From the IMG/VR virus record IMGVR_UViG_3300042348_001285: 64,000 nt of DNA, one strand, 5' to 3'. Of this stretch, positions 54,577-64,000 are shown one piece after another. This DNA comes from a virus (lineage: Duplodnaviria > Heunggongvirae > Uroviricota > Caudoviricetes). The position numbers and the translations under genes were made by a program. Position 1 is the first letter of the stretch, and the number at the start of each line of letters is the position of its first letter. Under the pieces are notes generated by a model. The model saw only the letters and a list, made by a program, of their open reading frames with translations. It did no database searches and was not told where the DNA came from.

Positions 54577-55178
54577 TGGGGGACCTCAGGTGTAGCCTCT
54601 AGTGCGCGGCGAATGATGTCGCATTGGTCGGGTGTTAGTTTCACCGCTGATGTACCATAAGTCTCAAGTAAACGCAAGGCCTGTTCTTTTTCGGAGGGTG
54701 GTTTAGGACGGCGGGCAGTGCGAAGATCCTTGTAGAAGTTTGGACTACCTAAGACGTTGTCGTAAACAAAGTTGATGCACGCCTGCAATTCCATGTCGGC
54801 CGCCCATTTTACCAATGAGTCGATTTCTTCGAAGGAGAGTAACCAACCTTCGATAGCCTTCCCTGCCTGACCAGGTGATGACTCCTTGATCTCACGGATT
54901 TGACAGTTTATTTGTTCTCGGGTGAGTGTCGGCGGGTTAGGGTCGGTCATTGTGGTTTGATGGTTGGTTGGTGAGGGAAAAAAGAAGCCACCCCTAAATT
55001 TAATGATTCCATCTTCACTTAATTTCCACAGGATAGGTGCTACTTCATGTGGATAGCAAGGGTCAGCAAAATAATCGCTAATTCCAAAGTGTACGTCTAT
55101 AACGGAGTGACGCCCTGGGTGTTCCTTAAGGAAGGAAATGATTGCCTCTTGTAATTGGTGCTGGTTATGGGGTTCCAT
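54573..55178 (-). CDS. Hypothetical protein
   Basis: C-terminal WAADMELQAC...RRPKPPSEKEQAL...IIRRALE module. Confidence 0.55.
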   Translation of the reverse strand: MEPHNQHQLQEAIISFLKEHPGRHSVIDVHFGISDYFADPCYPHEVAPILWKLSEDGIIKFRGGFFFPSPTNHQTTMTDPNPPTLTREQINCQIREIKESSPGQAGKAIEGWLLSFEEIDSLVKWAADMELQACINFVYDNVLGSPNFYKDLRTARRPKPPSEKEQALRLLETYGTSAVKLTPDQCDIIRRALEATPEVPQ

Positions 55179-55390
55179 GTTTCAAGGAGATAAAGGTGGC
55201 ATTCATCGCATGTCATTATAATAAAGAGTCATTCTACGGTCGCATAGCTTGCACTTGTAGTATTCGCAATGGAAGTCGGACCATGTTTCTAGCATATGAG
55301 GGCATGACCATGACTCTTGTTCGGTGTTGCATCTTGTGGTTTTATCGAAGGCATTATTTATCTTTATTGCGGGTTAATGTCCTTAGCAAT

Positions 55391-56050
55391 TCAGGGTGTG
55401 AGGTCATTGCGGAATGCAATCCATAGGCGCCTAAAGACATTGTACTGACAGTATTTATGAACTCTTCGCCTAATGACAAAAAGTTCGCCCTCGGCAGAAA
55501 GCAACCTTTCATTCAAAGAGGCGTTCGTATTTAATGCATCGTTGAGTTTTTCCTCTAGTTTAGATTTTTCCTGCCTGGTTTGGGTGAGGCTTTCAAGGCA
55601 CTTCTCTAACTTGCCAGTCTCTACCTGTTTCTCATGCTCTAATTTTGAGATTTTTCCTGCTACTTTTTCTCCATTGAATACGTGCCATAGGATGCTTTCT
55701 AGTTCGGGTTCAACGGCGAACAGGTGGTGGTAGGTATCTACGGTGTCGTAAGTTTCTAAGTCCTTATGGGTATCGTACAATTTCCACGGTCCCGGGGGAG
55801 AAATTCCAGGGATGCCCTGGGTTATCCTAAACGATTTACACACATGGTGCAAAGGTAGGTAGGTCTCTTTTAAATACGATGGAATATACAAGGGTGGTCC
55901 TCCTTCAACCCGGAGAGGGGACACTTCCTCAGTCATGTATCTCACACTTTCGTGATTGTATACTGGAATGACTTTAGATTGAAGGGTGTATAAGGTGGCG
56001 GTTTGCATCTTGCTGTGGGGGTTATGCGATGGTATTCGATGGATAGGCAA
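55391..56050 (-). CDS. Coiled-coil hypothetical protein
   Basis: 219-aa ORF. Confidence 0.5.
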   Translation of the reverse strand: MPIHRIPSHNPHSKMQTATLYTLQSKVIPVYNHESVRYMTEEVSPLRVEGGPPLYIPSYLKETYLPLHHVCKSFRITQGIPGISPPGPWKLYDTHKDLETYDTVDTYHHLFAVEPELESILWHVFNGEKVAGKISKLEHEKQVETGKLEKCLESLTQTRQEKSKLEEKLNDALNTNASLNERLLSAEGELFVIRRRVHKYCQYNVFRRLWIAFRNDLTP

Positions 56051-57130
56051 TCAGACGGGGGGCCGATAAAATCCGACACCAACAACCTCTTCCCAAAGCT
56101 GCCGCATCGTTACTAGTATAGCAGCTTGGTGCCTAGAGTCAAGCAGTCCGAAATCGTGGCGGTATCGCATGGCCATTGACTGTAGGAGTTTCGGATCTGG
56201 CCCCGTAGTTTCCTCCCCAAATAGGGCAGGTTCTGGTAGGGCATCGAGGCAACCTGCAATGCAGTCACCGAGGGAATGTATTGAGTAACCGCCCTCTAGA
56301 ATCAGGGCTAAGCCAATATCTAACTCTTGGGCAATTTCCCAGATTTGCTGAGTCATTTCCCCATAACCGGAACTCGTCATTGCCATATTGGACAGAGGGT
56401 CGTCCTTGTGCGCGTCAAATCCGGCCGATATTAGGATGACTTGGGGGTCGAAGTCTCGAATGACTGGAACCACAATTTCCTTGATGCAAAATAGGTAATC
56501 GTTATCGTCAGATTCTTCTTCCAGGGCAATGTTACGATTGAAGCCAAGTCCGGCCCCAGCCCCCATTTCTTCGCTTGTTCCTGAAGAAGGGTAAGCCGAC
56601 TTCTGATGAATCGAGAAGAAAAACACCTTGTTGTTTTCATAGAAAATTTCCTGGGTGCCGTTCCCATGGTGGACATCCCAATCCAGGATGAAGACTCTTT
56701 CCGCCCCTTTGGCCAGGCAGTGGGCTGCAGCGATGGCAACGTTGTTAAATACGCAAAAACCCATCCCTGTATGGGGGCGGGCGTGGTGGCCTGCGGGGCG
56801 GCATAGTGCTACGGCGGCATCTCCACCCATGGCCACATCGGCAGCTTCAATCGCAGCCCCAGCACTCCACAATGCAGCATCGACTGAATGCTCAGTCAGT
56901 GGTGCTCCGGGTCCTGCGGATCCTTTTTGGCCTTGCTGTTTGAGGACGCTACGGATGTAATCTGGCGTATGAGCTGTGGCAATTTCCTCGAAGGTGACTG
57001 GGCGCAGTGGCCGCTGAGTGCGGTACGGCTTGATTGCTTCTAGAATTGTATCAATTCGAGCAGGGTTGTCCGGGTGGTTGTAAGTTGGGTTGTGGAGCTT
57101 GGAGAATGGGTGGTATAGGATTGTTGTCAT
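56051..57130 (-). CDS. Zn-dependent histone deacetylase family protein (HDAC/AcuC)
   Basis: HPDNPARI, RPAGHHA...GMGFCVFNNVAIAA, ILDWDVHHGNGTQ, SAGFDAHKDDPL, LEGGY. Confidence 0.93.
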   Translation of the reverse strand: MTTILYHPFSKLHNPTYNHPDNPARIDTILEAIKPYRTQRPLRPVTFEEIATAHTPDYIRSVLKQQGQKGSAGPGAPLTEHSVDAALWSAGAAIEAADVAMGGDAAVALCRPAGHHARPHTGMGFCVFNNVAIAAAHCLAKGAERVFILDWDVHHGNGTQEIFYENNKVFFFSIHQKSAYPSSGTSEEMGAGAGLGFNRNIALEEESDDNDYLFCIKEIVVPVIRDFDPQVILISAGFDAHKDDPLSNMAMTSSGYGEMTQQIWEIAQELDIGLALILEGGYSIHSLGDCIAGCLDALPEPALFGEETTGPDPKLLQSMAMRYRHDFGLLDSRHQAAILVTMRQLWEEVVGVGFYRPPV

Positions 57131-57436
57131 TGTTGGGCTTCGGTAGGAATTCGGTGGGAAAGTTAATAGCTCTGTCGTTCACCATATCAATATTAATCGC
57201 ATGATAGTCGTCAATTCCTGATTTAGACACGATCCAGTCCCCGTCCCAACACTCAAAGGTGATCCATCGTTTGGTGCCAGGGCATTTGGTTACCCTTAGT
57301 CTGTCACCTCGCTTTAGGGTGGTTTTGGCCTGAGCTGTTGCTAGGTTGCAAATACGTCTCCTTTCGGAGTGGTCGGGTGTTTCAGTTTTAGGGTCTTGGG
57401 AAAGTTCCAAGTCAGTCATTGGGAGGTGGCATGTAT

Positions 57437-57643
57437 TTAGTTTGGGCGGCGATTCCATGCGGCAATCAGCGGCTCCGGGGTCTCTCCGTCAACTTCCATG
57501 CCAGCGGGGCATTCTTCGCAATCTACCCACCATGTTGGAGCGTAAGTATCTCCCTGGTATTCGGCACAGTGCGGGCCTCTGAGGTTTATGCTTCCGCAAT
57601 GGGGACATGGCTTGAGCGTGGTTGGGGACTCTGTGTCTTTCAT
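57437..57643 (-). CDS. Lar family restriction alleviation protein
   Basis: LKPCPHCGS...WVDCEEC...IAAWNRR. Confidence 0.75.
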   Translation of the reverse strand: MKDTESPTTLKPCPHCGSINLRGPHCAEYQGDTYAPTWWVDCEECPAGMEVDGETPEPLIAAWNRRPN

Positions 57644-58137
57644 GGTTTTTCGCTTGCGGTTGTTGAGGAATCTTGCATTCTACTTTTGAAATGATTCTCA
57701 ATGTCGTTATCATCAATGCTCACATGGGTTCTGTTGGGGTATTTTCTTATTGTTTTGCCCCATGGTCCATCGGCCACATTAACCATTCGTGTAAGTTGAT
57801 AGGGATAATATTGGCCATACAGTTCCCAAATGCGCCTCAAGAGTGGGATTCTAGAGTCGTATTCTCGAAGAGTGGGGTAACCGTCGAGGGGTGAAAGGCA
57901 GGAAGGAATTGGCTCACATCCAAACTCCCCAGCAAAGCTATAAATACTTTGAAATCCAGGTCCCCATGGCATCATCGTCACTACTTCACTAATGAGGGGC
58001 TTACCAAATAGGGCCAGGTGCCACCCGTAAGCGAAGTATACGAGTTTTTGCAACTTGGACAGCGTGATTTGCTGGCCATCTCGCCTAGCAGCATCTATGA
58101 ACCAGATGGCCACGGATAAGGTTTCTGGGTTATTCAT
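57640..58137 (-). CDS. Panacea domain (DUF4065/SocA-like) antitoxin
   Basis: ITLSKLQKLVYFAYGWHLALFGKPLI...PWGP...LTRMVN...PW...SIDDNDIENHF. Confidence 0.85.
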   Translation of the reverse strand: MNNPETLSVAIWFIDAARRDGQQITLSKLQKLVYFAYGWHLALFGKPLISEVVTMMPWGPGFQSIYSFAGEFGCEPIPSCLSPLDGYPTLREYDSRIPLLRRIWELYGQYYPYQLTRMVNVADGPWGKTIRKYPNRTHVSIDDNDIENHFKSRMQDSSTTASEKP

Positions 58138-58216
58138 TTATTTTCCGAATTATTCCAGGGCAACATCAAAGCGATGCTTTGTCGCAGGGGTTCTAGCCAA
58201 TCATCTTCAGGGTGTA

Positions 58217-58519
58217 TCATATTAGGGACCTTAGCGGTATACCACAGGCCTTCAGCCAAAGGGCATCGTTACCGATGCGATCGGCGATCACCTTAAGCTC
58301 AGAAATATCGCATGGTACTTGTAGCCAGACTTGCTCTGAGTCTTTGTTTGGGGCGTATTTAGGGTGAGACCGATTTGCTTTTATGCAGAGGTGCCCGTCC
58401 TCATCCATACCGTATTCTTGCCCATTGGCATCCGTCACGGTATTTCCCGCCAGCAAAACTCGAAGTAGGATTTCTACGGGTTCTTTGAGACTTGTGGATT
58501 CTTTACCATTTACAGTCAT
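58217..58519 (-). CDS. Hypothetical protein
   Basis: 100-aa ORF. Confidence 0.5.
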   Translation of the reverse strand: MTVNGKESTSLKEPVEILLRVLLAGNTVTDANGQEYGMDEDGHLCIKANRSHPKYAPNKDSEQVWLQVPCDISELKVIADRIGNDALWLKACGIPLRSLI

Positions 58520-58857
58520 ATCCCTAACCCCACAACATCACGCAAGGTGCCGTCCGAATCGCGAAGAATCACATTGCCCCCTTGCCGACGGGTATCTATT
58601 GCTTTCTTATAGAGAGCCATGGCGCGGCGGAAGATTTCACCACGGGAATGGCCCGTTTGTTCAACAAGGTCTTGCATGTCCTGGGCGAGGTCAAGTGGCA
58701 TAATTACGTCGAAGCGGCGCGGCGGTGGTTGTCGATTCACTTCCTCACCCCATTCCGACATATACATTTCTTTGAATTTTTTGGCCTTTACGTGATCTAA
58801 TTTTATGGTGGCAAATAGATGTTCGAGTTTTTGATTGAACTTCTCTTCTGTATTCAT
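58516..58857 (-). CDS. Ribbon-helix-helix (CopG-like) protein
   Basis: RFDVIMPLDLAQDMQDLVEQTGHSRGEIFRRAMALY. Confidence 0.7.
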   Translation of the reverse strand: MNTEEKFNQKLEHLFATIKLDHVKAKKFKEMYMSEWGEEVNRQPPPRRFDVIMPLDLAQDMQDLVEQTGHSRGEIFRRAMALYKKAIDTRRQGGNVILRDSDGTLRDVVGLGI

Positions 58858-59201
58858 GATGGGTTTCCGTAAGTCTGCAGGAGCTTGGTGGCAAAGTCCA
58901 CCACGATGCCCCGAATGTCAGTGCCTTCAGTATAGGGAGAAAAAACGCCTGAATAAGAATTTTCGTAGACTAGGTCCGTTGAAACAGCCAACGCAATAAT
59001 TTGGTCTGTGGTCGGGAGTGGTGGTGGTTGACGGCCAGTTGACACACCGGTAGTAGCCATTCCCCTAACTTCAGCAACAAACTCTAGGCAAGTTACTCTT
59101 TCAGGACAGGTAAAGCAGTCGTTCTCTGCAATTTCCTGAAAAGATTTGGTTCGGCCTGGACTATAACATTCTGGCTTTTTGCGGGCTTGAAATTCCATCA
59201 A
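58854..59201 (-). CDS. Hypothetical protein
   Basis: 115-aa ORF. Confidence 0.45.
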   Translation of the reverse strand: MMEFQARKKPECYSPGRTKSFQEIAENDCFTCPERVTCLEFVAEVRGMATTGVSTGRQPPPLPTTDQIIALAVSTDLVYENSYSGVFSPYTEGTDIRGIVVDFATKLLQTYGNPS

Positions 59202-59680
59202 AAATCACCTCCGTCAATCTCTTGGAGTTTAGCCATAATCTCCATGTAGAAAACATGGTACTTTGCCATTCGAGCAATGTCCTTCTCGGTTACACCTTTG
59301 AGGCGGCGCACATCGGTATTATGTCGGAGATCGCAGAGTTTCACCCTCATTGCATCCTCATTGGCAAAGACTCGGTGCTTGTATTCATCGTAGGTTTCCC
59401 CCGGAAGCTTAGTCAGGGCGCGGATGCCTTCGATTACCCGATGGGTGAATCCTTGCTCCCGGAGATCCGCATACGTCACCTTGGTATCTTCGATAATGTC
59501 GTGACCAAGCGCAATGCACTGGAGGTCTTCGTCGTCTGATTTTAGGAAATACATTACCTTCAGCGGGTGAAGGATATAAGGCTTTCCACCTTTGTCATAC
59601 TGTCCAGCGTGGGCATTGGTTGCCAGAACCAGCATCTTGTTTAGCTGTTCGCCTTTTTGCATTTTGCTCGGGGTTTGCAT
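59198..59680 (-). CDS. HD-domain hydrolase (RelA/SpoT HD / MESH1-like)
   Basis: AHAGQYDKGGKPYILHP, ALGHDIIEDT, VKLCDLRHN. Confidence 0.85.
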   Translation of the reverse strand: MQTPSKMQKGEQLNKMLVLATNAHAGQYDKGGKPYILHPLKVMYFLKSDDEDLQCIALGHDIIEDTKVTYADLREQGFTHRVIEGIRALTKLPGETYDEYKHRVFANEDAMRVKLCDLRHNTDVRRLKGVTEKDIARMAKYHVFYMEIMAKLQEIDGGDF

Positions 59681-59761
59681 TTTTATGGTTGGGTCTCAGT
59701 GTATTATAGGGTGTTCCTGTCCGGGTGTATAGGGTGGTTTACCGGCCCTGGGCCATTCGGG

Positions 59762-60136
59762 TTAGTAAGCCTGGGTGGAAGACTTCTTATTGACCTGGTC
59801 CCCCATAAGCATAATGCGGCCACACTCCCCATCAGTGAGTCCAATTTTGAGACTCTTCAGATCGTAGGTGGTTCTAATGTTCTTCAAGATACGGCTCAAT
59901 GCCCAGGCAAAATCAGCTTCGGAGTACTCCGGATTTTTAGGAATCCATTCTTTGGTTCGTCTCCAAGGCCTAGTCCTACCTAGTTTGGTACAATCGTCCC
60001 TATAGTGGCCCACATGCTGATAGTCCAGATGTTGATAGCCATCCTTGTCTTCGCCTAGTAAGATTTCAATACACCCGTCAGGGTCCATATCATCGAAGTC
60101 AGGGAGATGGGGTGGTTGGTTGAAGGGGGTTGTCAT
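59762..60136 (-). CDS. Hypothetical protein
   Basis: 124-aa ORF. Confidence 0.5.
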   Translation of the reverse strand: MTTPFNQPPHLPDFDDMDPDGCIEILLGEDKDGYQHLDYQHVGHYRDDCTKLGRTRPWRRTKEWIPKNPEYSEADFAWALSRILKNIRTTYDLKSLKIGLTDGECGRIMLMGDQVNKKSSTQAY

Positions 60137-60153
60137 TTACTTAAAGTGTGAAT

Positions 60154-60693
60154 TTATAATAAGGTTGTTAGATCCGTTATCGAAATCATCTGTTGGCTCA
60201 TGTGGCCCATAAACTCGTGCCACGTCCGATGATAATACCAAATAGCATCCGTAAGCCCACCCAAGGAATCAACTTGTTCGACGCCGTAACGCTCGCAAAC
60301 AATGTCAACGTTTCCCTTTCGGTGGAAGCCTTCAGGGCAGCATACGACCAGCTTGTTGTCCATATTAGCAGCGTAAATCCCAAGCTCCAGCAACGAAATC
60401 GGACTCATGGTGCCTGGTGCCAAATACATAACGACCAGATTCGCCTGAGCCAGGGCATCAAGTTCCCACTCCACTTGTTCACGGAACTGGGGATTGTCTG
60501 CGCTTTGCACCCATGTTGGGTCCCAGTTATCGCGGCGCGGATTGAAGATGTCAATGTCGAGGTGGGCAAGATTGCGTTCAATCTCGGCTTGCCAGTCAGG
60601 GGCAGCACCCATTTCGATGGATCCGGCGAGAAAAACGCTGTAGCCCTGCCATTTTGGCGGAAGTGGTGCGGGGGGTTTGTATGTGGTTGCCAT
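60154..60693 (-). CDS. Nucleoside 2-deoxyribosyltransferase-like protein
   Basis: VFLAGSIEMGAAPDWQ, FNPRR, QVEWELDAL, SPISLLELG. Confidence 0.85.
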   Translation of the reverse strand: MATTYKPPAPLPPKWQGYSVFLAGSIEMGAAPDWQAEIERNLAHLDIDIFNPRRDNWDPTWVQSADNPQFREQVEWELDALAQANLVVMYLAPGTMSPISLLELGIYAANMDNKLVVCCPEGFHRKGNVDIVCERYGVEQVDSLGGLTDAIWYYHRTWHEFMGHMSQQMISITDLTTLL

Positions 60694-60734
60694 TTTGGGT
60701 TTTGGATTTGTACTTGAAGATCAGGATGTTAGAG

Positions 60735-61367
60735 TCATGCAGCTAGGCCATTGGCAACAAATTGCTGTGACCGCCAGTGCTTGTTGGCACGAACATGGTT
60801 GGCACGAACAAACTTAGCCACTGACATACCAAAATCATCGTAATGAAAAGAGTCAGCAAGGCGAACGACGTAGCCTTCGGTTTGATCCGGGTTTAGGGTA
60901 TCGCAGAGACTGCGGATTGCGAGTTCATTCCATTTCCCGCCCCAGAGAACGGGTACAGGTTTTATTCCGAGCATAGAAAAATACTCTAAAGTGTCACTCC
61001 AGGGTAGGGCAATGTTGTGGCTATCCCATATGCTAAACCCATAAAAGTAAGATTCCAGCTCGGTGTATCGGACGCTATGACAAGCCCATAGGTTCTCACC
61101 ACAGATTCGCCACCCTTCAGGGATTTCATTTCGAATTGACCCCCAAAACTGCTTGACCCATGCCCTGTCCTCACCACCTTTGCTGTCTAGGCTTCTGGCA
61201 TGAATATGGTTGCGGTACATGGTCGTATTCTCACCGTCCATCTTTTCGGTCACAATCACTTGACGGCCCCTAAAATGAGCGACCGAAGGCACAACCTTAT
61301 CATCGGATGTGACGCCTAGGGACCACGGAAGGTGCAAGGTGCGGGGATATTTGGTATGGTTTTCCAT
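60735..61367 (-). CDS. RNA ligase family nucleotidyltransferase (Rnl2-like)
   Basis: KYPRTLHLPWS, TEKMDGENTT (KxDG), ICGENL, EGYVVR. Confidence 0.85.
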   Translation of the reverse strand: MENHTKYPRTLHLPWSLGVTSDDKVVPSVAHFRGRQVIVTEKMDGENTTMYRNHIHARSLDSKGGEDRAWVKQFWGSIRNEIPEGWRICGENLWACHSVRYTELESYFYGFSIWDSHNIALPWSDTLEYFSMLGIKPVPVLWGGKWNELAIRSLCDTLNPDQTEGYVVRLADSFHYDDFGMSVAKFVRANHVRANKHWRSQQFVANGLAA

Positions 61368-61457
61368 TTTGGCCTCAGTTTGTTGTCAAGGGCTTGCGTT
61401 GATAGGGATACATAGGCATCATAGCTCCTTAAGCATTGTATAGGGCAAAAACCAAAC

Positions 61458-62123
61458 CTACATCCCCTCGGCCGTGTTTACACTAAGGTCTACACTAGGG
61501 ACAGCACCACTAGGGACATTAGCAGCTATCGCCACAGCAAATGGCCTCGGGACATTGACACGAGGGGCAATACGTTCCCCAGTAACTGCAGCTTGTTGTG
61601 GTACGGATGGGGTCATTGCCACGGTCGTAGGAATCGACGGCAATTGGGTGGGGGGTTGATATGGCTGATATGGCTGATACGGTGGATACGACCCTGATGT
61701 TGGCGCAGCCTGGGAACCAATCGTATGCTGAGCATGTAGCGGATTAAATTCAGGTAGCGGGGCCGGAGTTGAACCCGGCGGGGAAATACTAATGATTAGT
61801 TCATTTAGACAATCTGAGTATGGGGGCATTGCTCCCGTCGCCATGATGCGTTGGTTTAGGTTCTCCCGACGGTTGTTAACCCAATCAGCAACTAAAGCCG
61901 AAATCCGATCAGCCCAAAACTGTGCCTCTTCCTTTCCATTATCCTCGTCAATGAACGCCGCATAGATGGCCCCCCACAGGGAATCTGACCGTCTACGTTC
62001 CCTTTCTAATTCCCCCATTAGGAATGCAACTTGTTCTTCTAGTTGGGAAATTCGGTCCTTGCTGTTTGGTTTGATTAATGGGGGTTCAGTAGCTGATGGT
62101 TTGATTGATGGGGGTTCAGTCAT
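61458..62123 (-). CDS. Hypothetical Pro-rich protein
   Basis: Likely start MTEPPSIKP; short coiled coil, Pro/Gln-rich tail. Confidence 0.5.
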   Translation of the reverse strand: MTEPPSIKPSATEPPLIKPNSKDRISQLEEQVAFLMGELERERRRSDSLWGAIYAAFIDEDNGKEEAQFWADRISALVADWVNNRRENLNQRIMATGAMPPYSDCLNELIISISPPGSTPAPLPEFNPLHAQHTIGSQAAPTSGSYPPYQPYQPYQPPTQLPSIPTTVAMTPSVPQQAAVTGERIAPRVNVPRPFAVAIAANVPSGAVPSVDLSVNTAEGM

Positions 62124-62247
62124 TTTGGGTTGGTGGTTGGTGGTTGGTGGTTGGTGGAGTGGTGGTTGGGCCATTGATGCTTATAGACAGTAATTATCGT
62201 GCTGTTTCGCCGTAGTCATCGCCATAGTCGTCGGTGGCATGATATAA

Positions 62248-63063
62248 CTAGGCGGTAGCATGGGACCAACCTAGCCGTTCGTGAGACCCATTGGCATCAT
62301 CTAAAAGGCTACAAAATACGATTTGACGCCATCTTGATACTAACATATCCGCATATTGCTGTCGGGTAGGGGGGTTAGATTGGGGGTCGTTATTTTCGTA
62401 CAAACCTAATGCCCAGGCATCGTTAAGTTCGACTAGGCAGTACCTGCCTAAATCACACCTCCATCCGATGTCCACCGTATATGCCCCTGGGGCACCATTG
62501 CCTTCCAATTCTTTCATTATGGCTTCGACCAACCCGAAGTCGGGTTCAGGGCATTGCAGGTAGGTGTCATCGTAGCGAGACCAACCCTGGACTTTACCAC
62601 CACCAATGAAATCCTGAACATAAAAGCGAAACTCAGCCCCAAATGGTACGGCCTCGGAAATCCAAACTGGGGTGTCATTCGGTATGGAATCCGATGTTTC
62701 CACATTAAGGTGCCCCTTCACATTTCCAGTAAATGACTTTATCTCAATGGGTTTGATGAAATCAGTCGTAGTAGCTTCGCCGTAGGTACCCTTTCGGACA
62801 GTCCTCATTAGGAATTTGTCCAGATCACCATCGCAAATCCCATAGGAAAAATCATCAGGTAGCCGGATACCGACGTGGTCTCCATAAGCCTTGGCAAACT
62901 CAACTGAGCCGACCGGGATGTATCTGATTTTTGCTTCTTGGGGGTCTAACTTTGTTAGTTCCGCCAATGAGCAATACCTGATAGGGTAACATGAGAAGCT
63001 GCAGGCGATTTTTTCTGTCGGTAGTGGCCCGCCGGCTTGGAGTAGGAATGTTGGGTTTTTCAT
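62248..63063 (-). CDS. ATP-grasp domain protein (DUF4343/R2K-like)
   Basis: FIKP...KSFTG, VWISEAV.F..EFRFYV, AYTVDIG, LVELNDAWALGLY. Confidence 0.75.
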   Translation of the reverse strand: MKNPTFLLQAGGPLPTEKIACSFSCYPIRYCSLAELTKLDPQEAKIRYIPVGSVEFAKAYGDHVGIRLPDDFSYGICDGDLDKFLMRTVRKGTYGEATTTDFIKPIEIKSFTGNVKGHLNVETSDSIPNDTPVWISEAVPFGAEFRFYVQDFIGGGKVQGWSRYDDTYLQCPEPDFGLVEAIMKELEGNGAPGAYTVDIGWRCDLGRYCLVELNDAWALGLYENNDPQSNPPTRQQYADMLVSRWRQIVFCSLLDDANGSHERLGWSHATA

Positions 63064-63083
63064 TGAGGGTTGATTATCAGGTT

Positions 63084-63112
63084 ATTCTAGCAGGGTTAGT
63101 CCCGGTTGTCAA
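63084..63112 (-). promoter_or_regulatory. Sigma70-type promoter
   Basis: TTGACA-N17-TAGAAT with an extended TG. Confidence 0.75.
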
Positions 63113-63159
63113 TGCTGACGGGGTCACATCGGAAATAAAATTGTGAGGCCAAGAAACTC

Positions 63160-63441
63160 TTAGTGTACACATGGTACCACCTTTTTTTTTACAGTTTTTT
63201 CTGAGACTTCGAAACCAAACTTTTTAAGGAGTTTCAAGGCAGTAATCATAGATGGTTTTCTTATGGAAGGGTCTCTTTTGTCCACAACACAGTAGATAGT
63301 AAATTCTACGGAATTGTCACGCCTGTGGTGAGCTTTTTTAACCGATGTCCCAATATGTGAAAGCATTGATCCTAGCGAAATCAAGCCCTCTACATTTCCC
63401 TCTTCTATAAGGGGGTCGATGTGGTTTGATGTGATTGCCAT
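63160..63441 (-). CDS. Hypothetical protein
   Basis: 93-aa ORF. Confidence 0.5.
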   Translation of the reverse strand: MAITSNHIDPLIEEGNVEGLISLGSMLSHIGTSVKKAHHRRDNSVEFTIYCVVDKRDPSIRKPSMITALKLLKKFGFEVSEKTVKKKVVPCVH

Positions 63442-63707
63442 GTTGTTTATAGGGATGTTGAGGCCATAGGGTGGATAATACGAACATTATGCTTCGGGGT
63501 ACGCCAACTCGTTATCATCGGAAATCAGATCTAGCCAGATCGGCTTCACTTCGCTAAAGAGGCTATTACTGGCTTCGATATTGCCTTCCAATAGCGACAA
63601 ATACGAATCCCTTAGCTTTTGGGAATATGCCTGCATTTTTTCTGCGTGATTCATGGGTGGGAGAGTATACTTAGCTGTAAGGAAGTTAAAAGTAATGACT
63701 TGGGGGA

Positions 63708-63902
63708 TCAATCGTCACTAAAGATTGCAAAATCATACTGCTCTTTGCCATCGATATGCGCCATAATCAAGTTAATAACCGCCTGTATAGACTCAGGGTT
63801 GGCATATGGCCCAGATGAACCAGGAGTCTCATTGTACGCATCAACTAAGTCCCTACCAAGTTCGGTCAGGGGGCGAGTTTGTTTTGCTTTGAAGTATGTC
63901 AT
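63708..63902 (-). CDS. Hypothetical protein
   Basis: 64-aa ORF. Confidence 0.45.
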   Translation of the reverse strand: MTYFKAKQTRPLTELGRDLVDAYNETPGSSGPYANPESIQAVINLIMAHIDGKEQYDFAIFSDD

Positions 63903-64000
63903 TTTGATAGTTGCTGTCGGTCATGTGTCATTTTGACATTTGTGATATACTAATTGCTGGTTGCCAGTAGCCATTTGCCAGTTGCCCAATAACGAATTAC

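Noticed and set aside
76-63936. Plus-strand ORFs in the track (e.g. 1140-1595, 17507-18142, 33903-34418, 49615-50244)
   Set aside because: They lie antisense to well-supported minus-strand genes and show no recognisable motifs.
1-64000. tRNA or rRNA genes
   Set aside because: No cloverleaf or rRNA-like sequence was recognised by eye. tRNAscan-SE or ARAGORN would be needed to exclude them.

Overview
A 64 kb segment of a large contractile-tailed (myovirus) dsDNA phage, most likely a cyanophage. The host call is inferred from a cyanobacterial-type TyrRS, a DUF1517 protein and a Pol gamma-like polymerase. Essentially all real genes are on the minus strand; the + strand ORFs look like shadows. 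1-28 kb is the virion module: baseplate, tail tube and sheath, a Mu-like head module and a frameshifting tail chaperone. 28-40 kb holds replication and modification genes. 40-64 kb is a dense array of small accessory genes and host-like enzymes. Main result: the major capsid protein gene is absent from the ORF track because 13 group I introns split it into 14 exons (9129-15733, minus strand). Two exons are only 5 and 6 nt. Manual splicing gives one uninterrupted 351-aa protein, and each 5' junction has a U.G-containing P1 pairing to that intron's own guide sequence. The introns share a core and swap peripheral modules combinatorially; three encode HNH endonucleases with candidate promoters inside the ribozyme. 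Second result: the DNA methyltransferase gene carries a LAGLIDADG intein plus a complete HNH gene overprinted in another frame of a 606-nt insertion that keeps the methyltransferase frame open. All of this was read by eye; no searches or folding programs were run.
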